Source of the DNA: Chloroflexota bacterium
Lineage (GTDB): Bacteria > Chloroflexota > UBA11872 > VXOZ01
Direction: 5' to 3'
NCBI GenBank assembly: GCA_965221905.1
Contig: OZ244922.1
Span: 3,104,001 to 3,168,000, forward strand
Length of the DNA stretch: 64,000 nt
The notes beneath the pieces were generated by a model that saw nothing but the letters and a program-made list of their open reading frames with translations, was not told the origin of the DNA and searched no databases. The translations under genes were made by a program, and so were the position numbers. Below are positions 1-10,002 of the stretch, piece after piece (within the stretch, counting starts at the first letter, position 1; each line of letters opens with the position of its first letter).

Positions 1-2
1 TC

Positions 3-1346
3 TTCGTCGTATTTTCCGGTTATGTCAATTGGCCTGACAATCCCGGGCTAAATCTCGGCTTTGGCAATACACGTCTTGTGCGCGAACTCCGCTACCACCT
101 GGGGTTGGATCTCCGGGGCGGCCTTCACGTGGTGCTGCGCGCCACCCCCGGGGAAGACCAAGAGATCACGTCCGATCACATGGAAGCCACACGCGACATC
201 ATCGCTGAGCGCGTGAATGCCCTGGGCGTTTCGGAGCCCATCGTGCAACTGGAAGGTACGGACCGTATCATCGTGGAGCTACCCGGAGTCGAGAATCCGG
301 ATGAAGCCATCGCGCTCTTTCGCGAAACCGGTGAGCTTGCCTTCGTCGACCTCGGTGCGAGTTCCGTGCCGCCGGTACCGGTCGGCGGGCTCGTGGAAGG
401 CGAACAGTACCGCAGGCTCTTCACTGGCGCCATGGTCAAGTCCGCCGAAGTCGGCTTCGATGAGCGCAGCCTGCCGCAGATCACTTTCGAACTCAAGGAC
501 GAAGGCGCGGTAGTTTTCGAAGAGTTTACGTCCCAGAACATCTGTGTGCGTATCGACGGCGCGCCGTGCACCTGGCTGGGCATCACCCTCGATGATATCC
601 TGATTTCTGCCGCCACGATTTCGAGCACGATCTCTAACCGCGGCCGGATTACGGGAAGCTTTACGCTGGAAGAGGTCCGGGAAATCGTCATCAAGCTCAA
701 GTATGGTGCGTTGCCTGTGCCGTTGGAAATTGCGCAAAACCGCACCGTTGGCCCCACGTTGGGTAAAGATTCAGTCGACCGCAGCCTGCGGGCCGGTATT
801 ATCGGCCTGGCCCTCGTTGCCGTTTTCATGCTCATCTACTATCGGCTGCCCGGTGTGGTTGCAACCGTGGCTTTGATAATCTACGCGCTCCTGGTACTTG
901 GCATCTTCAAGCTGTGGCCGGTGGTGCTTACACTGGCGGGCATTGCCGGCTTCATTCTCTCCGTGGGCATGGCCGTGGATGCGAATATCTTGATTTTCGA
1001 ACGCCTAAAGGAAGAATTGCGCCGGGGCCGGACTCTGCGTTCCGCCTTGGACGTCGGGTTCGAGCGCGCGTGGACCTCGATTCGCGATTCCAACATTTCC
1101 ACCTTGATCACTTGCGCAGTGCTGTTCTATTTCGGTTCGGGCATTGTGCGCGGTTTTGCCATAACACTTGCAATAGGCGTCATCATTAGCATGTTCACGG
1201 CGATTACGGTTACGCGCACGTTCCTCTACTTCGTGGTGCGCCTCCCGAAATTGCGTGAACATCAGTGGCTCTATGGTGTAGGGCAGCCACAGGAAGAAAA
1301 CGCTACGCCTCGCCAAACGCCGCCGCAGCAAGCAACGGAGCCATAA
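3..1346 (+). CDS. secD: Protein translocase subunit SecD (5' end outside the window)
   Basis: Motifs LGLDLRGG, RVNALGVSEP, GALPVPL...VGPTLG, GMAVDANILIFER and DSNISTLI, with C-terminal TM helices. The frame is open from base 3. Confidence 0.97.
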   Translation, partial: FVVFSGYVNWPDNPGLNLGFGNTRLVRELRYHLGLDLRGGLHVVLRATPGEDQEITSDHMEATRDIIAERVNALGVSEPIVQLEGTDRIIVELPGVENPDEAIALFRETGELAFVDLGASSVPPVPVGGLVEGEQYRRLFTGAMVKSAEVGFDERSLPQITFELKDEGAVVFEEFTSQNICVRIDGAPCTWLGITLDDILISAATISSTISNRGRITGSFTLEEVREIVIKLKYGALPVPLEIAQNRTVGPTLGKDSVDRSLRAGIIGLALVAVFMLIYYRLPGVVATVALIIYALLVLGIFKLWPVVLTLAGIAGFILSVGMAVDANILIFERLKEELRRGRTLRSALDVGFERAWTSIRDSNISTLITCAVLFYFGSGIVRGFAITLAIGVIISMFTAITVTRTFLYFVVRLPKLREHQWLYGVGQPQEENATPRQTPPQQATEP

Positions 1347-1360
1347 GTAGTGACTTCGAC

Positions 1361-2848
1361 ATGCCGCTAGAAACCCGTCCTGTCGACTCCGTTCGCGGAA
1401 TGCTGGACCTTAACGCCGGGCAGGCCCACGCGCAGGCTCAGCTACGCCAGTCCCTGCTTGACACATTTCAGCTTGCGAGCTATATCCCAATTGACGTGCC
1501 GCTCGTCGAGCAGGCCGACCTCTACTTACGCAAATCAGGCGCCGAGATTATCTCGAAGATGTATACATTCGAGGACTTCGGCGGGCGTCGTCTTGCATTG
1601 CGTCCGGAATTCACGGCCTCCATCGTCCGCTACTATCTGAGCAACGACCAGAATGCGCCGTTTCCGCTGCGCTATGCCTACGCCGGGCCGGTCTTCCGCT
1701 ATGAGAAGCCGCAGCGCGGCCGCTTTCGGCAGTTTTCAATGGCCGGCGTAGAGTTGCTCGGCAGCGACGGACCGTCCGCAGACGCTGAAGTGATTGCACT
1801 AGCGTGTTGGACGCTCAAACGGCTGGGGATCGACCGCTACCGGCTCGTCATTGGGCACGTTGGCATCCTCTTGGAATTGCTCGGCAGCCTGGGACTCTCA
1901 ACACGCCTGCGGCACTTCTTGCTCGACAGCATGGAAGACGTAGGCAGACCGGGACGCGGTCTATCGTACGTGCGCAAACGGCTGGCAGAAATACACCCCA
2001 CCCAACACGCCGACACTCCACCCATAGACGACCTGCCGGGCTCCGAGGCGCAAGCACGCGCTTCGCTGCGGGCTTCATTGCGGGAGATGGGCATCGAGTT
2101 GCACGGCAGCCGCACGGAAGAGGCTATTATAGGCCGCATGTTTCGGAAGCAGCGTGCCTCCGATGAAGACGAGCGGGTGGAACGAGCCTTCGCGTTTATC
2201 CACGGCCTGCACGGCCTGACGGGAGCGCCGCTGGAGGTGCTGGAACGCGCGCGCACGTTCCTAGCGGAGTACGGCCTGGGCGATCAGCCCCTCAGCCGCC
2301 TCGCTGAGGTGGTGGCGGCGCTTGACGCCTATGGCATCGCAGAATCGCAGGTGCAAGTACAGCTCGCCCTCGGACGCGGTCTCCACTATTACACCGACGT
2401 GGTTTTCGAGCTGTACGATGAAGTCGGGCAGAGCCAGTTGTGCGGCGGCGGCCGCTATAACGAATTGGTGCAGTCGCTCGGCGGGCGCACCTCCGTGCCG
2501 GCAGTGGGCTTTGCTATTGGGCTGGAGCGCATTCGTTTGGCGTTAGAGCATCAAGGGGCCGCACTGCCTGCCCCGCCACAGCCACAGGTGCTCGTGGCGG
2601 CAGCATCGCCAGATGCCGCACACGCCAGTATGCGGACCGCGCAGAAGCTCCGCGAGCACGGCATCCGAGCGGAATACGATCTGCGGCAACGCTCCGCGCG
2701 CGCGCAAGTCGGCTACGCCAGCCGGAGAGAGATTCCTTACCTCTTGCTGGTTGAAGACCGCACTGAGAATTTACTCTTCCACAATCTGGCAGAGGGCACC
2801 GCAGAGTCATTGTCTCTAAGCGAAGTGGTGCAGGTGCTCAATGGCTGA
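1361..2848 (+). CDS. Histidyl-tRNA synthetase family protein (HisS, or a HisZ-like ATP-phosphoribosyltransferase regulatory subunit)
   Basis: Motifs VRGMLD, LRPEFTA, GPVFRYEKPQRGRFRQF, RGLHYYT, GGGRYN, AVGFAIGLERI and a C-terminal anticodon-binding-like domain. It overlaps the hisG start. ATG at 1361 is preferred to the GTG at 1265 that lies inside secD. Confidence 0.9.
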   Translation: MPLETRPVDSVRGMLDLNAGQAHAQAQLRQSLLDTFQLASYIPIDVPLVEQADLYLRKSGAEIISKMYTFEDFGGRRLALRPEFTASIVRYYLSNDQNAPFPLRYAYAGPVFRYEKPQRGRFRQFSMAGVELLGSDGPSADAEVIALACWTLKRLGIDRYRLVIGHVGILLELLGSLGLSTRLRHFLLDSMEDVGRPGRGLSYVRKRLAEIHPTQHADTPPIDDLPGSEAQARASLRASLREMGIELHGSRTEEAIIGRMFRKQRASDEDERVERAFAFIHGLHGLTGAPLEVLERARTFLAEYGLGDQPLSRLAEVVAALDAYGIAESQVQVQLALGRGLHYYTDVVFELYDEVGQSQLCGGGRYNELVQSLGGRTSVPAVGFAIGLERIRLALEHQGAALPAPPQPQVLVAAASPDAAHASMRTAQKLREHGIRAEYDLRQRSARAQVGYASRREIPYLLLVEDRTENLLFHNLAEGTAESLSLSEVVQVLNG

Positions 2849-3857
2849 AGCGCTGCGTTTCCTCGTGCCAAGCAAGGGCCGCATCGGGGAGCAGACCCTC
2901 AATTTCCTTAACGAGTGCGGCCTTCGCGTCGCGCGCCCTAATTCACGCGCTTACCAGGCCACCCTCCCGGCCATACCCAATGTCACCGTACTGTTTCAGC
3001 GCGCGTGGCAAATGGTCGAGCAAATACGCAACGGCGATGCCGACGCCGGCATTACAGGCTTTGACATTCTGTCTGAAATGCGACAGGAAGGTGACAATCT
3101 CGTCGTCGTGGCAGAGGATCTCGGCTACTCCCAAGGACGGCTCGCCATCGCTGTGCCCGAGGAGTGGATTGATGTCCGTACGCTGACCGACCTTGCCGAA
3201 GTGGCGCTTGAATTCCGGGAAAGAGGGCGCGTGCTGCGCATTGCTACCACGTTTCCTGCACTGACTCGCCAATTCCTCTTTCAGCAAGGTATTACCTACT
3301 TCCAAGTCGTGCAGGCCGAGGGCGGTCTGGAGGCAGCGCCCACGCTGGGCTACGCCGACATTATTGTCGACTTGGTTTCCACCGGCGCGACTCTCAAAGA
3401 CAACCGGCTCAAGATGATCGAATACGGTGTCATCCTGCGCACCCAGGCGTGCTTGATCGGCAATCGCGAGCGGCTGCGCGCGAGTGGGGACAAACGGCGG
3501 GCACTTCAGCAAATCCTGGAATTCATTGAGGCATCCCAACACGCCGCGCCGTATTCCACGCTAACCGCAAACATGCAAGGAGAGTCCGCAGAAGAGATCG
3601 TCACCACGCTGGCGGCATATCCGGAAGTAGGCGGCTTACTCGGCCCAACCGTGGCGCGTGTGTTCGCAAGAGATGAGCAGGAAGGCTCGTACTTCGCCGT
3701 AACCGTACAGGTAAAGTCGCAAGACTTGCTCTCCGCAGTGGCGAGCTTCCGGCGGGCAGGCTGTCTCAGTGTCTCTGTTACGGCGCCGCGCTATATTTTT
3801 GCGCGAGAATGCAGCCTCTACCGCCAGCTCCTCAAGACCCTGAAACTTGAAGAATAG
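2841..3857 (+). CDS. hisG: ATP phosphoribosyltransferase, long form
   Basis: Motifs VPSKGR, DAGITGFD, RIATTFP, EAAPTLGYADIIVDLVSTGATLKDNRL, plus a C-terminal regulatory extension (GLLGPTV). Confidence 0.96.
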   Translation: MAEALRFLVPSKGRIGEQTLNFLNECGLRVARPNSRAYQATLPAIPNVTVLFQRAWQMVEQIRNGDADAGITGFDILSEMRQEGDNLVVVAEDLGYSQGRLAIAVPEEWIDVRTLTDLAEVALEFRERGRVLRIATTFPALTRQFLFQQGITYFQVVQAEGGLEAAPTLGYADIIVDLVSTGATLKDNRLKMIEYGVILRTQACLIGNRERLRASGDKRRALQQILEFIEASQHAAPYSTLTANMQGESAEEIVTTLAAYPEVGGLLGPTVARVFARDEQEGSYFAVTVQVKSQDLLSAVASFRRAGCLSVSVTAPRYIFARECSLYRQLLKTLKLEE

Positions 3858-4002
3858 GTGTTAAATCGGTTCTTGGAATGCGAATATGAGTATGCTAATC
3901 GTTTCGAACAACAGCTATGAATGCGAAAGCGTTGTGCAAGAATTACGCGGGAAATGCGCAATCAAGTTGGCAGTTGCCAATAGTAAGCGCGGAGCGAAAT
4001 CA

Positions 4003-4117
4003 GTCATTCCCGCAAAAGCAGCGTGTGAAATCAAGACGGACAATGGGGTTTTCGGTAGGTAATTACTATGAGTGAGCGCGACAGGATATCCGTCATTCCC
4101 GCGAAAGCGGGAATCCA
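4003..4117. repeat. REP-like palindrome family A (GTCATTCCCGCGAAAGCGGGAATCCA): one full and one partial copy
   Basis: Full copy at 4092-4117 and partial at 4003-4020. Related copies lie at 5666, 49080, ~50585 and ~62656. Confidence 0.85.
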
Positions 4118-4253
4118 TCTTCGACGTAGCCGCCCTACGCCCGCCTTTACGGTTGTTAAGGCGGGAAGACCAACTGTTCCGATTGGCGTCATTTCCCCGC
4201 CTGTACGTGACCTAGCAACGATTTTGTTCATGCAAATGAGGTAGTCGCACTCC

Positions 4254-5147
4254 ATGTTTAACATTGTTGGTCGCAGAAAGTGGGCCTATATAGCTTCGGC
4301 CGTGATACTGGTGCCGAGCATTCTTTCGCTCCTCATCTTCCAGTTGCAGCTAGGCATAGACTTTTCGGGCGGTACGATTTATGAACTGCGCTTCGATGCC
4401 ACGCCGCCCACGGAGGAAATCAAGCTCACTTACCTGAATCTCGACCTTGGCGAACCGCTGGTGCAGGCGACGGGGGAGGGTTCGGTCATCATCCGCTCGA
4501 AGGAGCTTGCGCTAGAGAACAAGCAAGCGGTGCGCGCTGCGCTGGAGGAAGCCCACGGCCAAGCTGAGGAGCTTCGCTTTGAAGCAGTGGGGCCGGTAAT
4601 CGCTCGCGAGCTAACGCAGAGAGCAATTCTTGCAGTGTTAGTAGCGTCCGTCGCCATCCTCATATACATCACGTGGGCGTTCCGCCACGTACCGCAGCCC
4701 TTCCGCTACGGGGTCTGTGCGATTTGCGCGCTTGTGCACGACGTATTGGTCGTGCTGGGTGTCTTTTCCGTGCTCGGCGTGTTGGTTGACAAAGAAATCG
4801 ATTCCATGTTCATTACGGCGATTCTCACCGCAATCGGCTACTCGGTTCACGATACTATCGTGGTCTTCGACCGCGTGCGTGAGAATCGTTCAAAATACTC
4901 CCACGCGCCGCTTCCCATAGTCGTGAATTTCAGCGTCAACCAGACGATTGACCGCTCCCTCAATACGTCTATTACGTTGCTGATAACGCTCTTTGCCCTC
5001 TATCTCTTTGGCGGCCTGGCAATCAAGGACTTCGTCCTGGCGCTCTTGATCGGCGCGGCGACCGGCACCTATTCCTCGATCTTCATCGCCTCGAGCCTGT
5101 TGGTCGATTGGGATGTCTTTTCTCGACGCCGGGTTGAGGCGTCGTAA
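4254..5147 (+). CDS. secF: Protein translocase subunit SecF
   Basis: Motifs LGIDFSGG, VGPVIA, HDVL, IGYSVHDTIVVFDRVRE, RSLNTS and GTYSSIFIAS. Confidence 0.97.
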   Translation: MFNIVGRRKWAYIASAVILVPSILSLLIFQLQLGIDFSGGTIYELRFDATPPTEEIKLTYLNLDLGEPLVQATGEGSVIIRSKELALENKQAVRAALEEAHGQAEELRFEAVGPVIARELTQRAILAVLVASVAILIYITWAFRHVPQPFRYGVCAICALVHDVLVVLGVFSVLGVLVDKEIDSMFITAILTAIGYSVHDTIVVFDRVRENRSKYSHAPLPIVVNFSVNQTIDRSLNTSITLLITLFALYLFGGLAIKDFVLALLIGAATGTYSSIFIASSLLVDWDVFSRRRVEAS

Positions 5148-5239
5148 GCAGGGCAAGCCTTTCTCATTTCGCTGGCGGCGGTTGACCACAAGCGCGGCCA
5201 TGCGCCCCCTTTTGGGAGGCACTTGCAGGACCTGGTGGG

Positions 5240-5700
5240 AGGTGCAGAATCCCCTCTCCATTGAGAAGACCTTTGCATAGCCCTTGCCAAGGCGAGAAAG
5301 TCCCCTCTCCCGGCGGGAGAGGGTTAGGGTGAGGGGGATTCCCAGCAATCCGGGCCATTTTTACCGATTTTGCACACTTACGTATAGGTCTTAGAGGTAG
5401 AAAGGACAGAATAAGCAGGAATCCCCTCACCCCATGGAGAGGGGATAATTCTTGCGCCGCTGGCCGAAGTTACGCAAAGGTCTCATTGAGGGAGAGGGCC
5501 GGAGCCTGCCCCGTACTTGATACGGGGGCGACGGTGAATACTAACCAATACAGCCCAATGCCGGTTCCCCTAGCGAGTTACACGGAAGTCTCCTTGAACG
5601 ATGAAGCTTGGGATGAGAGTGATAAAGGCTTGACGGCGAGCTAAGGAAAATTGCCCTTACACCTCTGGATTCCGGCTTTCGCCGGAATGACGGAGTCATT
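5240..5700. mobile_element. Composite nested REP/MITE cluster
   Basis: TIR pair GAAGACCTTTGCATAGC (5265-5281) and GTTACGCAAAGGTCTC (5469-5484), flanked by ATTGA direct repeats, splits a CCCCTCTCC/GGAGAGGG palindrome. Also an internal family B REP (5302-5337), a 24-bp hairpin (5503-5526) and a family A REP (5666-5691). Confidence 0.75.
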
Positions 5701-5739
5701 CCGATATCTGCAAAAGGGGAGACTGTCTTAACACTGCCG

Positions 5740-6870
5740 CTAGGGTACTGCTATTCGCGGCAGCGCCGGGTTGATGCGGCTCACGATTTCGTAGTTGATG
5801 GTGCCGACGTGGGTGGCAATGTGCTCCGCCGGCATTTCGGTCCCAAGCAACGTCACCTCGTATCCCACCTGGACTCCCGGGATATCGGTCACGTCAATCA
5901 TTGTCATATTCATCATTACGCGACCGACGATGGGGGCGTGTCTGTGGCGAATCACGACTTCTCCCTGGTTTGAGAGCTTGCGATCATAGCCGTCTGAATA
6001 TCCAATCGGGATAACTGCTATCACGGAGTCTCGCCGCGTGCGATGGGTACGACCGTATCCCACTGTCTCGCCCCGGGCAACGTGCTGCACGTGCACGATG
6101 CGAGTCTTCCATTGCATGACCGGTCGGAGCGTAAGCGGGCGCTCGGCGCGTTCAGTCATTGCGATTTGCGTATCCAGCGAAGGCCACAGCCCGTAGAGGC
6201 CGATGCCGAAGCGCACCAAGCTGCCATGAGCGGCGGGTGCCACCATCGCCGCCGCCGTTGCCGCCATGTGCTGGTACGGCACGTCCATTCCGGCTCGTTC
6301 TAGAGCGGCCTGCACTTCCGCGAACCGGCTGCGTTGCAATTGAAAATACGAATCATCAACCGTATCCTCCGCCGTGGCAAAGTGGGTGTATATGCCTTCA
6401 ACTTGAAGGTGCGGCAACGACCCTGCGTATCGCAGAAATGCCATTGCCTCCCGATACGCTACCCCAAGCCGGTACGTACCCGTTTCGATCTTAACATGTA
6501 TGACGGCGGTGGCGTTCTGCGCCGCCGCTTGCCTTGCCAGGCACTCGGCGGACGCCTGATCGTACACTACTTGCCGAAACCCGTGCCGCACCACCTCATC
6601 GGCACGGCTATGGGGGGTGAAGCCCATAATCAGGATCGGCAGCGTAATGCCGTCGGTGTACAGCGCCAACGCTTCATCCAGCGTATTGACGCCGAGCCAA
6701 TCGACGTGATCGGCGATGCTGCGAGCCACCACGTGCAGACCATGGCCGTATGCGTTTGCCTTGACGACCGCCAGCAGGGAAGTTCCCGGCGCTAGTCGCT
6801 CTTTGAGAATGGCGATGTTGTGTTGCAGCGCGCCCCGGCTAATCTCGATCCAGGATACGGCATCCTTCAT
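5740..6870 (-). CDS. alr: Alanine racemase
   Basis: PLP-lysine motif AVVKANAYGHG, plus HVKIETG, EGIYTHFATA, VRFGIGLYG, IGYSDGY and GTINYEI. Confidence 0.97.
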   Translation of the reverse strand: MKDAVSWIEISRGALQHNIAILKERLAPGTSLLAVVKANAYGHGLHVVARSIADHVDWLGVNTLDEALALYTDGITLPILIMGFTPHSRADEVVRHGFRQVVYDQASAECLARQAAAQNATAVIHVKIETGTYRLGVAYREAMAFLRYAGSLPHLQVEGIYTHFATAEDTVDDSYFQLQRSRFAEVQAALERAGMDVPYQHMAATAAAMVAPAAHGSLVRFGIGLYGLWPSLDTQIAMTERAERPLTLRPVMQWKTRIVHVQHVARGETVGYGRTHRTRRDSVIAVIPIGYSDGYDRKLSNQGEVVIRHRHAPIVGRVMMNMTMIDVTDIPGVQVGYEVTLLGTEMPAEHIATHVGTINYEIVSRINPALPRIAVP

Positions 6871-6885
6871 GTGTCCGAAGCGCCT

Positions 6886-7674
6886 TTAGGCTCGTACGCC
6901 GCTGAGCACAATCTCATGGCGGGTTAAGTGCAGGTCATCGCCCACCGGCGTTGCGGAAAGTCCGCCCCGGTCGTCCTCAACCGATTCCCAGAGCATTTTC
7001 CTGACGATCTCGCGGTTCTCATCTGAGGTATTGGCCGTTTCGAGCCACTCGCTGGCCATCACTTCCCGTTCTAAGAGACGCCCGTCATCCACAGGACAGC
7101 CAATGTCCGCCATCATTTGGCGCAACTGACTTTCACTGAACGCCTGCACGTGCGAGTGTCCGCGCAATCGCTCCATGCGATTGAAGTATGCCGCCTTCCG
7201 GGCATCCTCCGGCATCCCGAACTCGCCGATAATCAGCCGTCCGCCCGGCGCAAGCACACGCCCCATTTCTTGCATAGCGGGAATGGCGTGCGTAAAATGA
7301 TGGACGCTAAAACGGCAGGTTACGATGCTGAACATACCGTCGGGAAACGGCAATTGTGAGGCATCAGCGGCAGCCAAAGCGATCTGCCCTCCGTTGGTCT
7401 CCGCACCGTCGGCCTCTCTCTGCTCCACAGCACGGGCGAGCATGGCGGCTGTGAAATCCACGCCAATGACGAAACCGCTTCCTGTGATTTCCGCGGCCAG
7501 TGCAAATGCCACCAGACCGGTGCCGGTTGCGACGTCGAGCGCCTTCGCATTTGGGCCGGGAGCGGCCATGGCTACCATCGCCTCCACCGTATCGCCCTGC
7601 CCGCCTGTGTAACTTGCCGCGCGCTCCGTGAAATGCTGCCGTACATCCTGGTCCGACGGTGCTTGCTCGCTCAT
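6886..7674 (-). CDS. Class I SAM-dependent methyltransferase (UbiE-like)
   Basis: Motifs ALDVATGTG, ADASQLPFPDGMF and EMGRVLAPGG. An AGGAG RBS precedes the ATG at 7674. Confidence 0.88.
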   Translation of the reverse strand: MSEQAPSDQDVRQHFTERAASYTGGQGDTVEAMVAMAAPGPNAKALDVATGTGLVAFALAAEITGSGFVIGVDFTAAMLARAVEQREADGAETNGGQIALAAADASQLPFPDGMFSIVTCRFSVHHFTHAIPAMQEMGRVLAPGGRLIIGEFGMPEDARKAAYFNRMERLRGHSHVQAFSESQLRQMMADIGCPVDDGRLLEREVMASEWLETANTSDENREIVRKMLWESVEDDRGGLSATPVGDDLHLTRHEIVLSGVRA

Positions 7675-7927
7675 GTGTGGTCTCCTTTTGCTTGGTCTCA
7701 AAGTCTAGTAACGTCGCGGGAGTATGGAATTCAATCTGCTCGATTACCGTAGAGTCGGGCTCGGTACCTGCGGTGTCACCGGCCTTGGCTGAGATCTCTG
7801 CTGATAGTCTCTACCTTATCATGGCCCCAAAGGCACGTCAGCCAATGGTAGACGCCCGGAACGCACGCCGTCGGTATCAAAACATGCTACGCCTGACGAG
7901 AGTGAGCGGGCTGCTGTGAGTACGGTG

Positions 7928-8815
7928 CTATTTGGGTTTTTGCGCGAGGATGAAGAGGCCGCCGCCTTCTTCCGTGGGCAGCAGTGGACTATCAAGCAAG
8001 TGACGGTAACGATGATACCAAAACCAAACGAATAAGCTTCTCGGTACCAAGCGGCGCGCCACCAGACGGCGATAAAGATCGATGGGACGCCGCCCGCGCC
8101 AGATTCTGCGCGTGAGCGCCACGTCCAACTGCTCCCACGCCGCCATGAATGAAGCCGGAGCAAAGTACTGGACCTCACGCACCGCTAAATTCGCGGCAGC
8201 CAGCTTCTCCTGCCACTGCTCCGGGGAGTAGTAGTGGTAGTGGCCGAGCCGGGCGTTCGTCTTCTCCGCGTAGGCTTCAGCTTCTGCAAGACGGCCGGTA
8301 GCACGGAATCGTCCGATGGGGCCCAGCATTTCAAGAAAGCGATGGCTAACCGTTGTAAAGGCGAAGACGCCGCCCGGGCGCAGGCTGCTGCTCACTGCAT
8401 GCAGCACTTGGTCCAGACGCGGGATGTGTTCCACGACGCAGTTGCTGAACACGCTCCCAAAGCATTCGTCACCAAAAGGCATAGCTCCGCCCTCGCTTTG
8501 CACGACACCGCGATATGTCGCCAATTGCCGCGCCACCCGCAACTCGGAGAACACCATGTCCAGTCCCACGGCCTGCCGGTCAGGCGGCAGTACCAACGAC
8601 GCTACATATCCATTGCCACAGCCCACATCCAACACCGGCTGTGGTAATTCACGTTCCTGCCACATCTCCAATTCCAAGCTCCGCCACAATGCAATGGCGG
8701 GCTGATAGTAGTGACTCTCCAAGACAAGCCGAAACCATTGGCGCGCTGTCCGCCGCTGATCCACGTGTGCAGACCGCGTAGAGTCTTCAATGGGAACAGA
8801 GTCTATGTTTGGCAT
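7928..8815 (-). CDS. Class I SAM-dependent methyltransferase (glycan locus)
   Basis: Motifs VLDVGCGNG, SNCVVEHI and LRPGG. Confidence 0.88.
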   Translation of the reverse strand: MPNIDSVPIEDSTRSAHVDQRRTARQWFRLVLESHYYQPAIALWRSLELEMWQERELPQPVLDVGCGNGYVASLVLPPDRQAVGLDMVFSELRVARQLATYRGVVQSEGGAMPFGDECFGSVFSNCVVEHIPRLDQVLHAVSSSLRPGGVFAFTTVSHRFLEMLGPIGRFRATGRLAEAEAYAEKTNARLGHYHYYSPEQWQEKLAAANLAVREVQYFAPASFMAAWEQLDVALTRRIWRGRRPIDLYRRLVARRLVPRSLFVWFWYHRYRHLLDSPLLPTEEGGGLFILAQKPK

Positions 8816-8884
8816 GAGTTTCTATCCACGGCCGTGAAGCAAGCGGCCGTTGTTGATCGTCCCCGTCGTGATGCGTGCATTTGC

Positions 8885-9955
8885 TCAGTTATGTCCAATG
8901 CCATACTGCAGCAACGACTTCATCCGATGCGCGTACGTGTGCTCATCCAGCACGCGCTCCCGGCCGCGTCCCGCAATTGCCGCGCGCTCGTCAGCGTGCG
9001 CCAGGTAGTGGCGAATCTTCCCCTGCAAGTCATCAACGTCGCGGTAAACTGCGATATCCTCTCCTGGAGTGAACAATGTGCCGAGTTCCGAACGGTCGTC
9101 CACCAGCGCAAATGCACCACAGGCGGGGGCTTCGAACGTACGTTGGTTGCACCCCTGGGGCAACTGCGGATGGTGGACGTTTAGGACAACCTGCGCAGCG
9201 CGATAGCTTCGTGCCACCCGCTCGGCCGGGAGCAAGGAGCGACCCCGAACGCAACCTTTGACCGTGTATTGGTCCGGCAGTGACTCCCAGCCCTTGCCGT
9301 ATACGCGCAGCGCCACACCCAGGCTTGACACTGCTTCAACCGTATCGACGCGATGCCAGTTTTCCGGCAGGTGCCCCATGACGTGCCGCGAGTCTCCAAC
9401 GAATATGACGTCGCAGGCCAGTTCCTGCTCCTCTGCGTGCGTGAGGGGGTATGGTTGGTATGTCTCCGGATCTGCTGCATGCGGCAGGTAGAGCGGGTCC
9501 TTGGCGCCCATTTGGCGTGCCACTGGCAGGTAAAATGGGTCTACGATAAAGAATCGCGTGTAAAGACGCAGACCTCCAAGAATATTGGGGAACCACGTCG
9601 GATCGTCGCCGCACCAGTTGAGCACTGAGGCACCGAGGGAGTCTGTGAGGTAATGAATAGTCTCGGGAAGATAGACGTCCCCGCGAATCAACAGCACAAC
9701 GTCCGGCCGCTGTTGCGTGCAGAGCCTCACAAGGTCCAGGTTATCCTGCCGGTTTGCTGCGAGCAGACGCTCAAGGTTGAACTGATGGGGTCCAACGTGT
9801 CTGCGTCGTAGTCTTTGGCGCAGGCTAGGCTTTTCGCCGACACGCCGGCCAAACTCTATTCGTGTCACAGTATGGCCGAGCTCGGTAAGCGCCCGGTGGC
9901 AGTAGAATCCCCATTGCCCCGTTTCCCAGTGAGGCGCGGCCAGGACTATGTTCAT
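8885..9955 (-). CDS. CgeB-like glycosyltransferase (Glyco_trans_1_2 type)
   Basis: Motifs WCGDDP, LPHAADP, DVIFVG, VLNVH...NQRTFEAPACGAF and VLDEHTYAHR. Confidence 0.88.
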   Translation of the reverse strand: MNIVLAAPHWETGQWGFYCHRALTELGHTVTRIEFGRRVGEKPSLRQRLRRRHVGPHQFNLERLLAANRQDNLDLVRLCTQQRPDVVLLIRGDVYLPETIHYLTDSLGASVLNWCGDDPTWFPNILGGLRLYTRFFIVDPFYLPVARQMGAKDPLYLPHAADPETYQPYPLTHAEEQELACDVIFVGDSRHVMGHLPENWHRVDTVEAVSSLGVALRVYGKGWESLPDQYTVKGCVRGRSLLPAERVARSYRAAQVVLNVHHPQLPQGCNQRTFEAPACGAFALVDDRSELGTLFTPGEDIAVYRDVDDLQGKIRHYLAHADERAAIAGRGRERVLDEHTYAHRMKSLLQYGIGHN

Positions 9956-10002
9956 GGTTCTTCACTTGAAATCAATGACCGCAGCAGGCTGGACTTGCGT
10001 GC

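Noticed and set aside
3915-4264. Short ORFs MDSRFRGND... and ...WIPAFAGMT...
   Set aside because: These are translations of family A REP palindromes, not genes.
4890-5430. ORFs with PLTLTLSRRERG and PPHPNPLPPGEG
   Set aside because: These are translations of family B REP DNA, partly antisense to secF.
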